Source: Monocercomonoides exilis PA203 (taxonomy: Eukaryota > Protista > Preaxostyla). Taken from it: a stretch of 64,000 nucleotides of DNA. Where the stretch lies: positions 744,001-808,000 of the forward strand of contig LSRY02000007.1 of assembly GCA_001643675.2 (NCBI GenBank), read 5' to 3'. Each line of letters begins with the position of its first letter. The stretch's first letter is position 1. The notes under the pieces were generated by a model, which saw nothing but the letters and a program-made list of their open reading frames with translations, had not been told where the DNA came from and did not search any database. Both the position numbers and the translations under genes were made by a program. Below are positions 12,201 through 27,200 of this stretch, in pieces.

Positions 12201-15200
12201 ATCACTGCCTCTTTTGTATCTGTCGCTATTCCTCAAAGCCAAATACTCCACAATAGATGAAATTAAAGGAAACATCTGATCCACATCAACAGCTCCCTGT
12301 ATAAACCACGAAAGAGTGTTGAAGACGCTTTCTGCTTTGCAGTGATTTCGCGAGAATTCAGTGGCAGCAGCTGTTGGAGTGGAGTGAATGACCCATGGAG
12401 ATGTGTCATTCAGAAGACGGCTTGGAGCTGCTGAGAACTTTGCGCTGGCTGGTCCTAATTCATATTTGCATGCAACAGGAATTGAGCGATTTTGGAGTGG
12501 CACTGGCACTTGCTGCACAGTCTGGAGAAATTGAGCAGGCTCGAAGATGTGTATGGGGAGTGGAGAGGTTGTAAGTGAATCGACTGAAAGCAAATCAATG
12601 CGATTCTTTTCTTCATCAACAGCAAGTGAATCAATTGAAGGCAATGCTGCTAAAATTGCAGTGAAAACAGTTCGATGTGATGGAAGATGCAAATCATAAA
12701 AAAGAGTTGTTAAAAGAGGTTTTGATTCTGATGGAGCGAATTGTTCAACATTATTGGATTTATAAGACAAAGCAGCAGCAGAAGAAGCAGCAGATGAAAG
12801 TGGTGGAGGATATGGCATATTTGGCTGAGTTCGACTTCCAAACACTTGATATGCACCATTAAGGGTAGAAACAACTGTATCAGCAATGCACAGTGGAACG
12901 GAAATTGGTGGAGGAAGCAAGGCCTTTTGAACAGGTGCCATCACAGGATTGAGATATTGAGGCAGATCGTGTTTGACATTCTTGTGAATGGTATGCTTTA
13001 CTGAACTGTATCGCTCTCTTTCTCTCACCAACACAGACTTCTGTAGATGATGCTCATAGCTTGTGAAAACAGTTGCGTCTGGAGAGAAAGATGTGGGCGT
13101 AGCATAGCATCCCGATTGGATTAACGATGGATCAACAGAAGCTGACACAGGATGGGCAAAAAGGAGAGCATCTCTCATCCACCCCTGGAAATGAGGGTGG
13201 AGTGACGTTGCAAATGGCGATTGCAAACTGTAAGATTGAGCAATAAAAGACAAGCGTGAAGAGATAAATTGCGCATAAAGATCATCAAATGGTTTGTCGT
13301 AAATAAACATGGATCGACGTGCCTCTTCTTTGATAGTGGAAATATCAGCAGAGTTGCATAGGCAGCCACATTCACATCCTTTCCCACATGTGCAAGGAAG
13401 TGGCTGGAATCGCATCTCTTCATCAGAAAGATAAGAAGTTTTCATTTCATTTTGACTCTTCTCATTTGCCTCTTTTGGAGAAGAAGCAGAACTTGATGTT
13501 TTCATCAACTTTAGAGGCCTTCCACAACAGCATTTTTTCTGAGAAGCAAAAGAAAGAGCAAGCAAAATACAAGTTCGAAATGGCACGCTTTCAGCAGAAA
13601 ACAACATTAACTCCATCAACATCTGACGCTCTGTTTTCATCTGTAATCTATCATCTGCCTTTAACAAATTACTGTCTTCTTTTTCTTCAGCTTTTTCTGA
13701 ATTATCCGCATCTTTTTCATCTGTATGCGCTCCTTTTGCGGAAAATGATGGCATGAAAGAAGCTGAGCTTGAAACTTTTGGACGAGAAGGTGGAATAAAA
13801 GAAGATAAAATAAACGAGAATGGAGTCGGAGAAGGAAACTGACATTTTTCTCCTCCCATTCGAAAAGTTGAGTTTGATGATTGATGCAATGAAAGTTGAT
13901 CGCTTTTGAGTGTTGGAACAAATGCTTCTGAAATAAATGCCGTTGGAGGATGAAATGCTACAATTTCATCAGTTTTACAAGTTGCTCCTTGAGAATTGCT
14001 AAACAACGAAATATTGCTACTTATCATGCTGTTATTACCTGCAATTCTCCTTTGCGCAGTGTCAAATCCCCATTTCCATCGTGCTGCCTCAGCTCTTCGC
14101 TCAGCCTCATTGTGAAATCCAGAATAAACAAGCCATGGATCAACAAGCAGAGACAGATCGCATGTTTTGAGAACAAAATACGCACCCTTTTGAACAACAG
14201 ATTCGCCACGATGCAGAAAGCGGAATGTCTTTCCCCCAATTCTTGTGTGTTGATTATTTTTATTTGTGATGCATGATGATTTCTCAACATTCTTGTCCAC
14301 TTGCATTGAAGAAGAAGAACCAGTCGCCACGTCCCCATTCGAGTTTTCACATTCGCTTGATGCACTTGCACAATTATCTGAATCAGAAGCATGAATAATT
14401 TTTCCAACGCTGAATTCATCAGGTGTAGATTCACCTTTGTCTTTGCCCATTTCCGTCATGTTGGATTCTTCGCTTTTCTTTAATTTCTTAATATCCTCGT
14501 CTTCGCCAACATTCGATACAAGAACACTCTCATTTTTAACATCATTTTCTTCCTGCTGTCCAACTTCGTCATTCAGCGTTGCCATCCTAAGTACTCTTCC
14601 TGCAGCCTCTCTCACCCTCCAAGATGAAGCAGATAACATCACATTGACAATCGCACAAACTTCATTAAGAACAACAAGTCTTCGCAATGGCGGGCAAACA
14701 CGAATGAAAGCAGCCAACGCAAAGAGTTGCAGGAGGGGTGTTGTGATAGCGGACAACGAAGATGATTTTTCAAGTGGATCCTGCTTAAGAACAGTTACCA
14801 TCGCACCTGTGCTCTTTGCTCGAGGAAAGTAATCTTTAAAACACAGCAGTTCAGCTGATGAGGAAGAGTAAATCACAGATGTAATGAAGAAGTGGATCAC
14901 AGGCCGCAAACTATGTGGAACTGTACTCAAAAACACAAAATGAGGTAAAAATGGCAATTTATTTGAATGCGAAGGCATCATTGATCTAAAAACGCTTTTT
15001 CGCTGATTCTCTTGATGTATGTTTGATTGGTGATCATTTCCGTTTAAATGAGGAGCAAATGCAAGCTGAGATGATTGGAATAAGCTCAATGAACTCTGAG
15101 ATGGCTTGCTAGCATCAGTATCAAGACATGACAAGATAACAACCTTCCAAAACAGCGATATCAAAAGTCCTTTCTGCTCTTCGCCAATTCTTTCCTGTCT

Positions 15201-18200
15201 TTGCATTCGCTCAATTCTTCTCTTTTGCTCAATATTCCTATCTTCCTTTCTTTCTCCACGCTGTTCCTCTTCACTTTGCTCTTTGTCTGCTATTGTCTCG
15301 ATATCGACAGTATCTCTCAGATCTTTCGCAATCGCATGCAGCATCGACTCGACAGGCAATGGGAAGTCAAACGTTTGTAGAACGGAAACAGATTGTGCAG
15401 ATGCCTCAATTGGCGAAGGCGTGGAAGAAGCAGTTGAAGAAAGATGCACTGCAGCATAAGCGTCAGCATGAAGTGGGCCTATAGTTGTCAATGATGTTGT
15501 TGATACAGAGAGAACAGAAGTTGCTAAAAGCGGAAGAGAAACACCAGCTGAGAGGGATACACTCAGAATTGGTGTGAATGAAAGGAAAGAAGTAACAGAT
15601 TGAAGCAACCGGAAAGAAGAAGAGTTTTGAGAAGGGTTTGATGAAGCCATTGAACCCCCTTCAGAAGATGAAGGAGAATGCTGATTAAATAAATGCAATG
15701 GCGTTGATCTATTTGTATTATTGAATGAATTTGAATGCATATCGTTATTTATTCCAGAAGTGTTGCTGTTTTCTATTTCATCAATATCGCTTGATTCTTT
15801 CTTTAGCATCAGAGCAAACAAAACTGAAGCTCTTGCACAATGCTGATTGTTTTGGAAAAATGGTGGAGAAGGCGGTGGAAGGAAGTGATGAAGTTCCTTG
15901 GATTTTTCGTTCGTCTTTTCTTGTTCGATATCTTCATCTTCATTGTATCCAAGTTGTTCAAGATTAATATTTGTTTGAATATCTGCTGTTCCCCAATTGA
16001 TATCATCAAATTCCAAAAGCCCTCCCACTTCGTCCTGTTCTATTCCGAAGAGTTCACATAGTTTTTTAAGCAAAGGCGAAGGCGGATGGGTGAAAAGTGA
16101 AGATTGTGGTGAAATCTTTTCTGACTGTTGTTCAGCAAGAGGTGACAACGACATCAAAGATGAGAGTGTATGAGGAGTCACACTGCTCTGCTTTGAAGGA
16201 GAGATTGACTGCTGACGTGCTAAAAGAGAAGATTGAGATCCATTTCTAGACATGTTTGAAGTGCGTTGTGACATATCAGCAGCAGAAAAATTCATAGACT
16301 CATCAACTGAATTATCAATTGTATCACCGAAAATCGAAGCTTCCTCGTCGTCATCATCCTCTTCTGCTTTGCTGTAGAGTTCTTGATCTTCAAGAATATC
16401 CTTGTCGACTTCAATTTGAACATCTTCTCCTTCTCCAATCATCTTTTCTTCTCCTTCCTCATCTTCTTCAGCAGCTTCATCTTCATCCTTTTTGGGTAAA
16501 TTAAGTCCAAGTCCAATTAACCTGATCCTTTCTTTTTCTTTTTCTCTCGCAGCAACATTTAGCTTTTCTATCTCTTTCTCTCTTTCATCTTCTCTCTTTG
16601 TTTCAATTTCCATTGCCAGCTGTGAAACAACTCCTCGTCCAGCAAGAGCAACAGAAGTGTACACGGAAGAGATCATCACCTGCCACACCGCACAAAGCCA
16701 CAGAGAAGTGTTTGACTCAAGTGCCAAAGCAGGTGAGTTGGCAATAGAAAATGCAGAACTATCAGTGATCTGTTGAGTGGAAGTAAAAGCAGAGTGAGGA
16801 AGAGGATAGCGCAATGATGGCGTCCAGAAAGAATCCATTGCCCATTCCTCATTCATCACTAGCAAAAAGGCATCATCTGCAGTATCCTCACCGTTCCACC
16901 TCCGAATATTTGATTTGATGTAATGCTCCCACTGCATTTTGAAGTTCTTGAAAATAATAGCCTGCTCTGGGTCTGAACACAATGCTTGCACTGTCTTTTT
17001 CCTTTCCAATTTCGCTCTAATGTGAGCTTGTCTTTTCTCTCTTCTTCTTTTCTTCTTTTCTTGATGAGTTAAGACACGTCGTTCACCTTCATCATCAGTG
17101 CTACTTTCACATGAACTCGTATCACTGCTGTCAAAATCTTCAGAGTCAACATCACTTTCAATGTCCAGTGCTGTTTTCTTTGGACGCAACTCAAACAGAA
17201 ACGAAGCCACACGCTGCGGATAGTGCAGCGACAGAAGCATCAGAGAAGCAAAGCTGCCCCATGAAGCAAAATCTCGGAGCAAAACAAACAAGAAAAAGAA
17301 AGAAGGAAGATGCACCTCAGCATCAGGACGGAAAGCAAAGCATGCTTGCTGTTCGTTCAAAGATGACTGATACTCACCAAACGGAGCTTTGGCATTTGAT
17401 TGATGCGATGTGCGACTGTCAAATATAAGATCAGGCTGCGTGAGAAGAGAAAGGAGGCCAAACAGAAACGAGTGAAGGAGGGCAAGAGCTGGCGATAGAA
17501 ACTCTGATGAAAGCAATGTTAGCTTCAAATGATAAGGTTGCATAGGCTGTGGAGGAAGAGATAAAAAGGGAGATTGCGAGAGCGGAAATGGAAATGCTTC
17601 AACTGGATCTTTAATTTGTTGTTGCTGGGAATTCTTTTGTTTTCCTTCAGATGAACTTGCACCGTTCTTTGAATTTGTTCTATGAACATGGATAAAAGCA
17701 CTTCTCCTGTGAACAATCACGTCTCCATCATCACTGAATGCCTCATCCTCATATTCGTCTTCTTCCTCATCTCCTTCAGATTCCCATCCTTCAGAACCCC
17801 AGGTATCTTCTTCACTTCCTTGTATTTCATTATCCCATTGACTTGTAAACTTTTCCCATCTCTTTTCTGTTTCATCCCAGCAGCCATAAACAAAAACGAC
17901 TCTCATTGCAGTCAGCAAAACTTGCACAAATGACAGAGAAACAAATGGATCAGCAGAGAAAAACAGCAGTGACTTCAGCCAAGGTGGTTGATTTTTGCGT
18001 CCAACAAAGAAATATGACATGTGGAAATCTGATTTGTGTGAATATGATGATGACAATTGTGAGAAGTCCAATTTTTTGACTTGTATCCATTCTTGAATAA
18101 GCTGGAAAAGGCATTCATTCAGAAGTAGAAGAGAGAAGGTTACGCTATTCTCAAGCCAGGAACATAAATTTCTCATCCATATGTTGAACTGCGGATGCGA

Positions 18201-21200
18201 TGGAAGGCGAGCAACATGGTCAAATAGAAAATACATCCAAAGCCGAAGCAAAGAGGCAGGAGAGAAAAGGGAAGATAACGAAAGAGAAAGAGGGAGATGA
18301 GGCGGAGGAAACGTGAGACGTTTCGGGAGTTCGGGATTCGGTGGATTGATAGTCGAAGGGTTTAATACAAGGGTATAACTGGGGAGAGAAATTGCATATG
18401 CAGACGGAAACAGGGTGTATGTGAAACTTATTCTTCTCTTCTGAGCAAGTTTTGCAATTGAGTTAAGTCTTTTTTGAGTAGTTAATGAGATATGCGATTC
18501 AACAGCTGAAGATAGCGTAAATTGTTGCTCTTTTGCTTTTGGAGATGAAGTGAATGAAGCTGGATAATCCAAAGATGCATCACCAAAATCTTTTCGTAAG
18601 CATCCTTTTTCTCTAAGATATTCTTCTCTGCGCACAACATACTCTTCAATTTCCTCCATATTTGGCTCAACGACAGCTACGTAAGGAAGTTCAAGTGCTC
18701 CGACACGCCACTTTTGGATAGCCTCTCCGAATGTGCTCGATAACAAAGGTGCAAAAGAGGAAAAGTGAAGAAGATTTGGTCGAATAGCTTTCGTATTCGC
18801 TCGGCGAATGTGAGGGAAGAAATTAAAAGGAACAAGAGAGCGCTCATCCAAGTCAGACAACTGAGGAAAGCATAAAGAGAATGGATAAACAACACGCTTC
18901 TTCTTCATGTGAGATCGGACTTGAGGAGACAAAACCATTGAAGTTAACTCAGATAGGGTTGAAAGAGGCTTCAACGAGGATTTTTGCTGTTCTTCATTTG
19001 AGTTGTAACCAAGGCAGAGATCGTCATTTTCGCAAAACTTAGTAAAAGGCATCCAAAATGAGTCATTTTGTGAATTTGATTCTATTTGTGCTCCAGCTTG
19101 CTTAGAAATTAAACCTGAAATTTGTTCAGCTAAAACAGTACAAGAAGTGGAAGATAAAAATGGATGCTTATCCTTTTCAATGAAATCACATAATGGCTGC
19201 ACTCTTTCATACACTAGTAGGCAGGCAGCGGCATCATGCTTTTCCAAAATCTCAACCCAAGCTTCGTTTCTTTCCTCATAAACGACTTTTCTTCCCATTC
19301 CTCCTCCGCCAAAGCAAAGATCTGAAACACACTCGTCATGAGGCAGTTCTTCAATTGAATCTTCGTCAATAAGAATCCACTTATTTGGAGCCTTTCTTTC
19401 TCTCACAATGCAGAAAAAGCGACCTGTTGCCAGAGACGCACCAGTGTGCGCTACAACTGTGCTCAGTCGATATAAATGACGTCCAGTACTCCTTCCATAA
19501 CGACGATATCTGTGCTTTCGAAGGTTAAAGTTAGTCAAATCTTCCTTCGCTGCCCAATATTGCATGCCAAGATTGTATTTGTCATCAACTTCATCATCTT
19601 TTTCGTCTTCAGATTCTGAGTCACTCTCTGAATTGGATGCTCTTGCTCGACCAACCCTTCCATTCGGGCTTTTAATTTTCATGAACAATGTTGTGTCTTC
19701 GCCATATGGATGATAGTCTTCGTATGCATCCATTTCTCCTTCATCATCTGGAAGTGGATAAGCATCACGAGCTGCTCTTGCTCTTTGATGAGTTGCAAAT
19801 TGGCTTGAAGAAAGTGAAGAAGATGAACGATATTTACTGACTTCACCTTTTGAGCCTTCTGTTAACTGTGCCCTTTCTGAGCCATCCTTGTTGCTTTTCT
19901 TCCAGAATGCTGATAACCTCTCTCTCAGACGATCAACAGCATCTTCCTCTTCTCGTTGCACTCTCCAAAGAGATTGTTCAGAGCCAAGCTCCTTAACAAA
20001 TGGACTCATATCAAGATAGTCTTTTCCGTATGGAAACTCAAAATAATCTGCAACTTTCTCTTCTCCGTAATTTTGAGCTTCCTTTTTGCTGACCCCAACG
20101 CGCGTTATCGCGGAAACAGACAAATTCTCCTTTTTCGCAAAGCGATTCAAGCTGAAGATCAGTGTATTAGGCAAATGTCTGAAAAACATTCTTTTTTTTG
20201 CACGAACATTACGGTGACACCCAGGACAGAAGAACATTCTTTCGTCTTCCAATAAATCGACGCTCTGGTAGATTCGAAGAGAGCGAAGCAAAGACGTTTT
20301 CCATCTCACATCGATGTTAACAACAAGGCGAGATGTCTCTCTTTCTGCAATATGCCCATTAACACATTCAACTTGTGTGACCACTTTTGAAGCAAATAAT
20401 CTGTTGACGAATGATGGTTTTTTATTGGTATCAACTGCGAGAGTCAACGTTTTTAATGATTCTGGTTGATTTTGAATTGACTTTTCATTTTGACAATTCA
20501 ATGATTGACTATTAGTCAGCGACTTCGTTGGAGCGTGTGAGGCAATTTCATTTTGCTTTGCCTGACTTTGATTATCATTTGACAAATAAGACTCAACAAT
20601 TGAGAATATTTGTGTCAGAATAGTATCTGGATGAAGAACCTCTTCCCACTTTGCAGCATCTATAAGTGGAAGCATTGGAGATATTGTTGGCATTGGGGAA
20701 TCCTGAATGTGTTCCTTCAAAATAATACTGAAATCACAGCAAAATGAAGTTGAATCGAGCGCATTTTCTTGACATTCTTGCATAGCAGCAAAAATAAATT
20801 GAATTTCCTTCAAAATCGTTTGCTTCCGAGAAAATGTAGGACAAATATCTTTCACTCGATTTTTAGCTGGAGAATATCCATCTCTAACAGGACGTGATAT
20901 AATTGCAGTATCATTATTGTGAGAACTGCTTGAAGTGGAATCAGTCAAAGTGGTTAATGCTTTCCCTTCCTGTTGTGAAGCAGTGCTACCATCAGAAACC
21001 AAATCTTCAATTGTGAACAAAGAATATCTGAATGGATATTGCAGAAACAGCAAAGTCAGACATGAATTGATTCCAGTTGTTGTTGAGCGCGCCAAGCGAT
21101 ACTCATTTGCTAAATATTCTTCTGGAATCTTTTTAACAACCAGAGATATCATTCCAGTCCTCCACCGTTGCACGGGCGAAGGGTGGATAAATGATAACAC

Positions 21201-24200
21201 TTTTGTTGGAGTTGCAGGGGTTGAAAAAAGCGGATCTTGAGAAATAAGTGAAGAATGGCCCATTGAATAGAGATGCCGCAAAGTCGGAACAGAGACAGCT
21301 GTTGTTGTTGATCCAAAAATAGACTGAGATGCTATCATGATGTCATCTAACGATCCAAAAAGAACATCTGATAGAATGTTCTTATTGAAAGAAGAAGACA
21401 GAAGCTTGCGAATGCCTTCGCTGAAGGAAGACGAATCAGATTTCATAGGAACATTCAGCAAAAACGAAACGAGAGAAAGACTTCTTCGTGGAGCATTATA
21501 CACAACTTCGTTATTCAGCGAGTTAAATGAAAAGCCCTTTTGTAATTTTTGTATGTTGTCCAAATATTCATTCTCGCCTGTGGACGAACGCGAAGAAGAA
21601 AGATACTTTAATTTCAATTCCCTGATTGCGTTTCGCTGCATCTTCCATCTTTCTATATTGTCATATTCTTTTCTTTCTTTCATCATCTCAACGGACAAAA
21701 ACGGTAACAGTTTGTTGAAAGCTTCTGATGATTGTTCAGATAAACAGAAAATTAGATCAACAACAGACGTTCTCATTGCATCGCTTTTGCTCTGTGGACG
21801 ATGGAAAGAATAGAGTGAATTCGAAGGTGACAAAAATGGTATTTCAATGAGATCTGATTCAGACTCTTGCCGAAAGGATGAAAAGGAATTTGAGCTGTAA
21901 AGGGAAAGCGGAGTCGCAGAAATGCTTGTCTCACCAAAATGAGACTGCGAAAGAAGAGATGTCGATAAATGAGAAGTGCTCCTTTGGGAAGGAATGATTT
22001 GCTGTTGTATCGGAGAAGAAAACGCTGATTGAGATTTGAGCGATGGATTGGACCGGCTGCTGATAACTCTTTCTCCTTCTGGAGAAACAGAAAAGAGATG
22101 ATGAGTTAGAACATGGATAAGAAGACTAAAAGGTGCATTGAGCGAAAGAATTTCCTTCAATCTGACAAAAATGCTATCATTTGACAAATTTGATCCATTA
22201 ACAATTTGTGTTGATGGTTTATTCATCCTCCCTGTTAAGTATCTTATGTGAGACAGGCACTGAATAAGCATGCTGATCAGTCCGATCGCATAATAATCTT
22301 CATTCAGAGGTCGTGATCTCGTTTCGTTGTTTGAATCTTTCAAAGGTTCTTTTCTGCAAACACCGTAAAATGTCTCCACAGTCGCCCTCATTTTCAGAAG
22401 CATAGTCAAAATTTTAGCGAAATCAAAGAGGAAGTATATGGTGCGCTCAGAATCGCATGACTGTGACAGAAGCAATCTTTTCAGCTGAACGCTCGCATAA
22501 GATTTTTGAACAATCAATGAAATCGAATGGTTGATCAGAGTGAAATACTGAGCGAGCAACACACTTGGCCTAATGTTATCAAGAGTGTCGAGGCCATTCA
22601 AAAGGGATAGCAAGAACGGAATCAGAAGAGGAGAAATGTCAGGATCTTTTGCGCAATCTGCAGAAGCAGAACATTGACTGTAATCTTCACGTGAGTCTTC
22701 ACGAGTCATCAGCTCCAACAAAAGATGCATCCACCTGTCTCGTACAACAGCTGAGGAAGATTGGCACAATAATCCAACCATAAAGCATTCAAACGGAAAA
22801 GATGTGAAGAAGTCTATGTAGCACGATGTAGTTCTAACTGGAACGCTCAACGAAGCTTCTGTTGCTGGGAACACTTTTGAATTTTGATCTGTTGATTGTC
22901 CTGCTTTGGGGGAAAGAGTCATATTTTGCTTTTTTTGTTCAAAAGTTTGTGCAAGTGAAGAAGAGTAAGATGACGAAGACGAACATGTGCTTGATGCGGA
23001 TAAAGATTGAAAATAAAATGTGAATGAATGAAATAGATTAAATGCAGAAATAACAGCTCGAATAGAATGCTCTGAAGTAATATCAATGAGCTGCCTCGAA
23101 CCTTTCTTCAAAGAAGAACCAGCACCAAATTTAAACGATTCTTTAATTCTATTCATCAGCAAACTTTTTCTAATGTTCATCAAATTAGCAGCAGATGCCG
23201 AAGAAGGAGGACAAGACGGTGAAAACATGTTATCAAACATTGAAGGGTTCAGAATTTCTTTCTCATTCATCAAAGAAGGCTGAGGGTTCTGCGCTTGGAA
23301 CATGCGCAATGGCACACGAAGCGACAGTCCATTCAAATAATCACTGGTCATCAGCATTTCTGTGTCATTTTCTGCTTCTTTGCCAAGCAGATCTTGCACA
23401 TTGTGTCCCTTGCTTCCGTCATTTGCACGCCTCCTCTCGGAATTTCTCCGAAGGAAACGGAGCACAATCCCTTCCTGTGAATGTGTATTGACCATGGAAA
23501 TCAGATCACGTGAAGACGAATTGGTATAACTTGACGAGGCAGTTGAGAAAGAGGGAGACGTGTAAAAAGAGGATTGTCTATTTAATGGAGACGATTCGTC
23601 TTCAGGAATAGATGCCATTAGCAGCATTGGCGTTGAAGACGATGTCTGCTTTGTTGTTGGAGACATCAACGTAGATGAATGAAATTGATCAGAATTATTT
23701 GTAAGCAAACAAGAAGATGACGAGGAAGCAGGTGAAAGAGGCTCGCCAGTTTGAAGGAATGCAGCTGACGAAGTTTGTTGAAGAGAACGTAGCAGCAACA
23801 ATGCATCGTTTTGTTTTGGCAATATATCATTATCAGTTGAAGGCTGCAAATCTTCCTTGAAATTATAGGGCTTTTGAGGAGACAGGCTGCGAACAGCATC
23901 AGAGCTTGTTGGATGAATTGAATGATCAGATTTGAATTGTTTTTTTGATTGATCTCTTGAAGATGGAAAAAGAAACTGCTTTTTGAATATTGCGTTAAGA
24001 AATGATGAGACTGGAGTAGTGCCTTTTGAAGGGTTTGCAAGAAGAGAAGAAAAGCTATTTTCAAAAGTGTTGCAAACAATTGGATCAATTGGAGATATTT
24101 CTGATCTCAAATCTGTGAAGATTGAATCTGTTGGAGAAGAATCAGCCTTTGAAGATTGTTTGACACGATAGAAATTAGACGAAGATGATGAATGCGAAAA

Positions 24201-27200
24201 TGAAAGCATAACAGGTGCCGTGTATTCGTTTGGACAGGAAAAAAGAACACAAAGCGATAAAAGACGGAACATTAAAGTGATAAGAAATGATTGAGTGAAG
24301 TTTTCTGAAGAGTTGGAGAATTCGCTGAGCTGAGAAATCGCAGTATTAACCACATCTTTGTTTATGTAATATCCAATGTTTGCGCATCGATGTGCCTGCT
24401 TCAATTCTTCTGATTTTGAAGCCAAATTGATTGGAGAAGTGAATGGAACTACAAAAGCATTCAAGACGAACAGAAGAGCTTCTAAAAGAGCAGATTTTTG
24501 AGCAGCCGAAAGTCCACCAATTGGAGTGACTTGAAAAGATAAAGAATCATTCTTTTCCTGCTGGAGTGTTGTTTCAGATGTTTGACGTGTTGGAGGCAAA
24601 GCATCACTTGAGGAAGTGAAATCGAGATACAGCAAGAGGCATAAAAGCGACGAAACTCCTCCGCCTTCAACGAATTTATCTTTCCATTGGCAATAAGATG
24701 TTTCTGTTTGTTTATCAGAATTAGATGAAGAATTAATCACTGAAAGACAATAATCGCGAGGAATCATTCCTTTCAAGGTTTGAATTGCTATTAGCAACTG
24801 AAAAGGATTGGATGGATTGAATAGTAAACTCCAATCTGTTATGTGATGAGGTATCTGAAGATATTGCGGTGACTTCACCAAAACATCTTTGATACATGAA
24901 ACAAGCTGATTACCAAAGAGATTCTGATGAATGAAATTGGAAAATGGCAAAAGCATCAAAAGATGATCTGCAACTTTTGTTAATGATGGAATGATATCCG
25001 TTATTGAGCATATAAGCGTTATCAGATTACAAGAGCAATTTTTCGCAGTGTTCATTTTATTTGTTTTTTTATTTTTGCGGACATCAAAATAAACTAATCT
25101 TCCATCTTCAGAATAACGCAATTCTTCAAAACATACTTTTGCTGGTAGTATATCTTTTCCATTTTCCTCCCAAATAAGCAAAGAATCACTCTCACATTCA
25201 GTTGAATGTCTCTGTTCAGTTTGTCGGTTAATGTTTTGAGAAGGTGAAATATCTGCATTTAACAAGCAATTTGTGGCTTCAATTTCATCTTCCGTTCTTT
25301 CTTTTGTTTCTAATTCATTTCTATTCTGCTTTCCATGAGCAGAATAATCAACTATACATCTGCGAATGCACTGAATTGGATGCAAATACGGGTGGAGTAT
25401 AGAAAATGGATACATTGATGCATACGACAATGCAAATTGCCCACTATCAGCATAAGGATCGGTAGAGGGTTTATCACCTGCAGCAGTCTCATTCCCATCG
25501 CTGAAATCTAATGGATGTGGAAGTGTGCAAAACATTTCCAGTTGAAGAGGCTCTTCTTGTTGAATTTCTCTTTCTCTTCTTCTCAGACGTTGCAAATCGC
25601 TCATTGATTGTTCTAAATCCATTAAAATTGTTTTCTCTCTCTCTTCTTCATTTCTGATGAATGGTGTTCCATTTGCAAAGTCTGAAGTGCTCTTAAAGCA
25701 TGACAAGCTTGTTGAATTGCCAACAAGATTGAAATAAGATGAAGTTCTGTCTCTATTTGAACGATCAGGATAATCGTCTCTCGAAAACAATGCAAGGTCC
25801 ACAAGATATTCAGAGTTGCGAGTAATATCAACTGTGTTTAATGATAAAGTTTGGAAATGAGTGGAAGGAAGTGGAAGAAGGAAAGAGATTGGTAGAATGA
25901 CAGTGGAAGGGGAACTGTTGATAAGTGCTGCTGATGATGATTTTGATGACAAAGACGACAATGTACTTGCTTTATTGTTATATTGGAAAATTGCTTGAAA
26001 TGTCACTGGGGAAGGAACAAGACTGTATGCCTCTTCCAGCGACACAAATAAAGAATCTGATTGATCTGCACCAAATTTATCAATATAACTTGAAGAAGAA
26101 GATGATGATGAAGAAGACACAAATATTGAAGGTGAAGATGAAGATGAAGGTGAGTTACATTGAGAAAATGCATTTTTATTGTCAAATGGAAAGATCAGAT
26201 GATCTTTATCTAGAAATCCACACTTAAACATCACAATATATCTCAGATGCTGAACAGTAAACGTCTCGTCGCACTCAACAATCAATCTTTTAAAAGAAGG
26301 AATATTAGGCTTTTTCAGAGCAATTTCTTCTTTCTTAGACTCATTTCCACTGTTCTGTTGGATTTCAATGTTATCACTGGCTCTCATCAAACCAGGTGGC
26401 AGTCTGTCTTGGGCAATTTTGACTCTCTCCAATTTGATAACAACTGTGACAATTACACGCCTCCTGGGTCCAAAACGTGGAAGCTTCTTTGCTGGAAGAA
26501 ATAGAGAAGATATTTGATTTTTTGGGAGTTGATCTGATTCGATGTTATCCTCTGCCACTCTCACGGAGGAAGATGAGTTAGACAAGGAAAGTGAAGGTGA
26601 ATGTGAAGGTGAATGCGAGTGTGATGTAATGTTTGAGTTTGACAAGATGCGTGAATAAGGAACAAGAGGATGAGAAATAAGTGAAGGATGTATGTTTGAC
26701 TCAATCACGTTGAGCCAATCTAAAAGAAGAAGAAGAGCATTTTCTGCTCGAATGAACTGATCTGGCTGAACTGGATCAGCTACGGTATTTCTGCTTACAA
26801 ATCTGAATGATTTTTCACGTGTCAATTTTATCAAAGAAGAGAACGAACGATATGAAGATTTCTCAGAAAGAAACGGGAACTTTAAGAATTGAGATCGTGT
26901 ATGCATTTTGTTGTTCTTTTGATGAACAGTAGAACTTGACATCTCAGACATTTGATTTTCAGGCGTTTCAATGGAATGCTGCTTTGAAGAGAATTTAAAG
27001 TGAGAATTATTGTTCGATATTGGTGAATAATGCTCTTGAGAATGCGATTTTCTTTTGTGCCTCAATTTGCGAAGGCTACTTGCAGAATGTGAATGGCGAG
27101 TCAATTGATCAAATGACTGCGGAGAAAGTGGGGTCCGTGATGTGTTCTGAGAGTCTGTGGAATGAACAAATAAAGAAGAAGTTGATGAGGAAGAAGAAGA

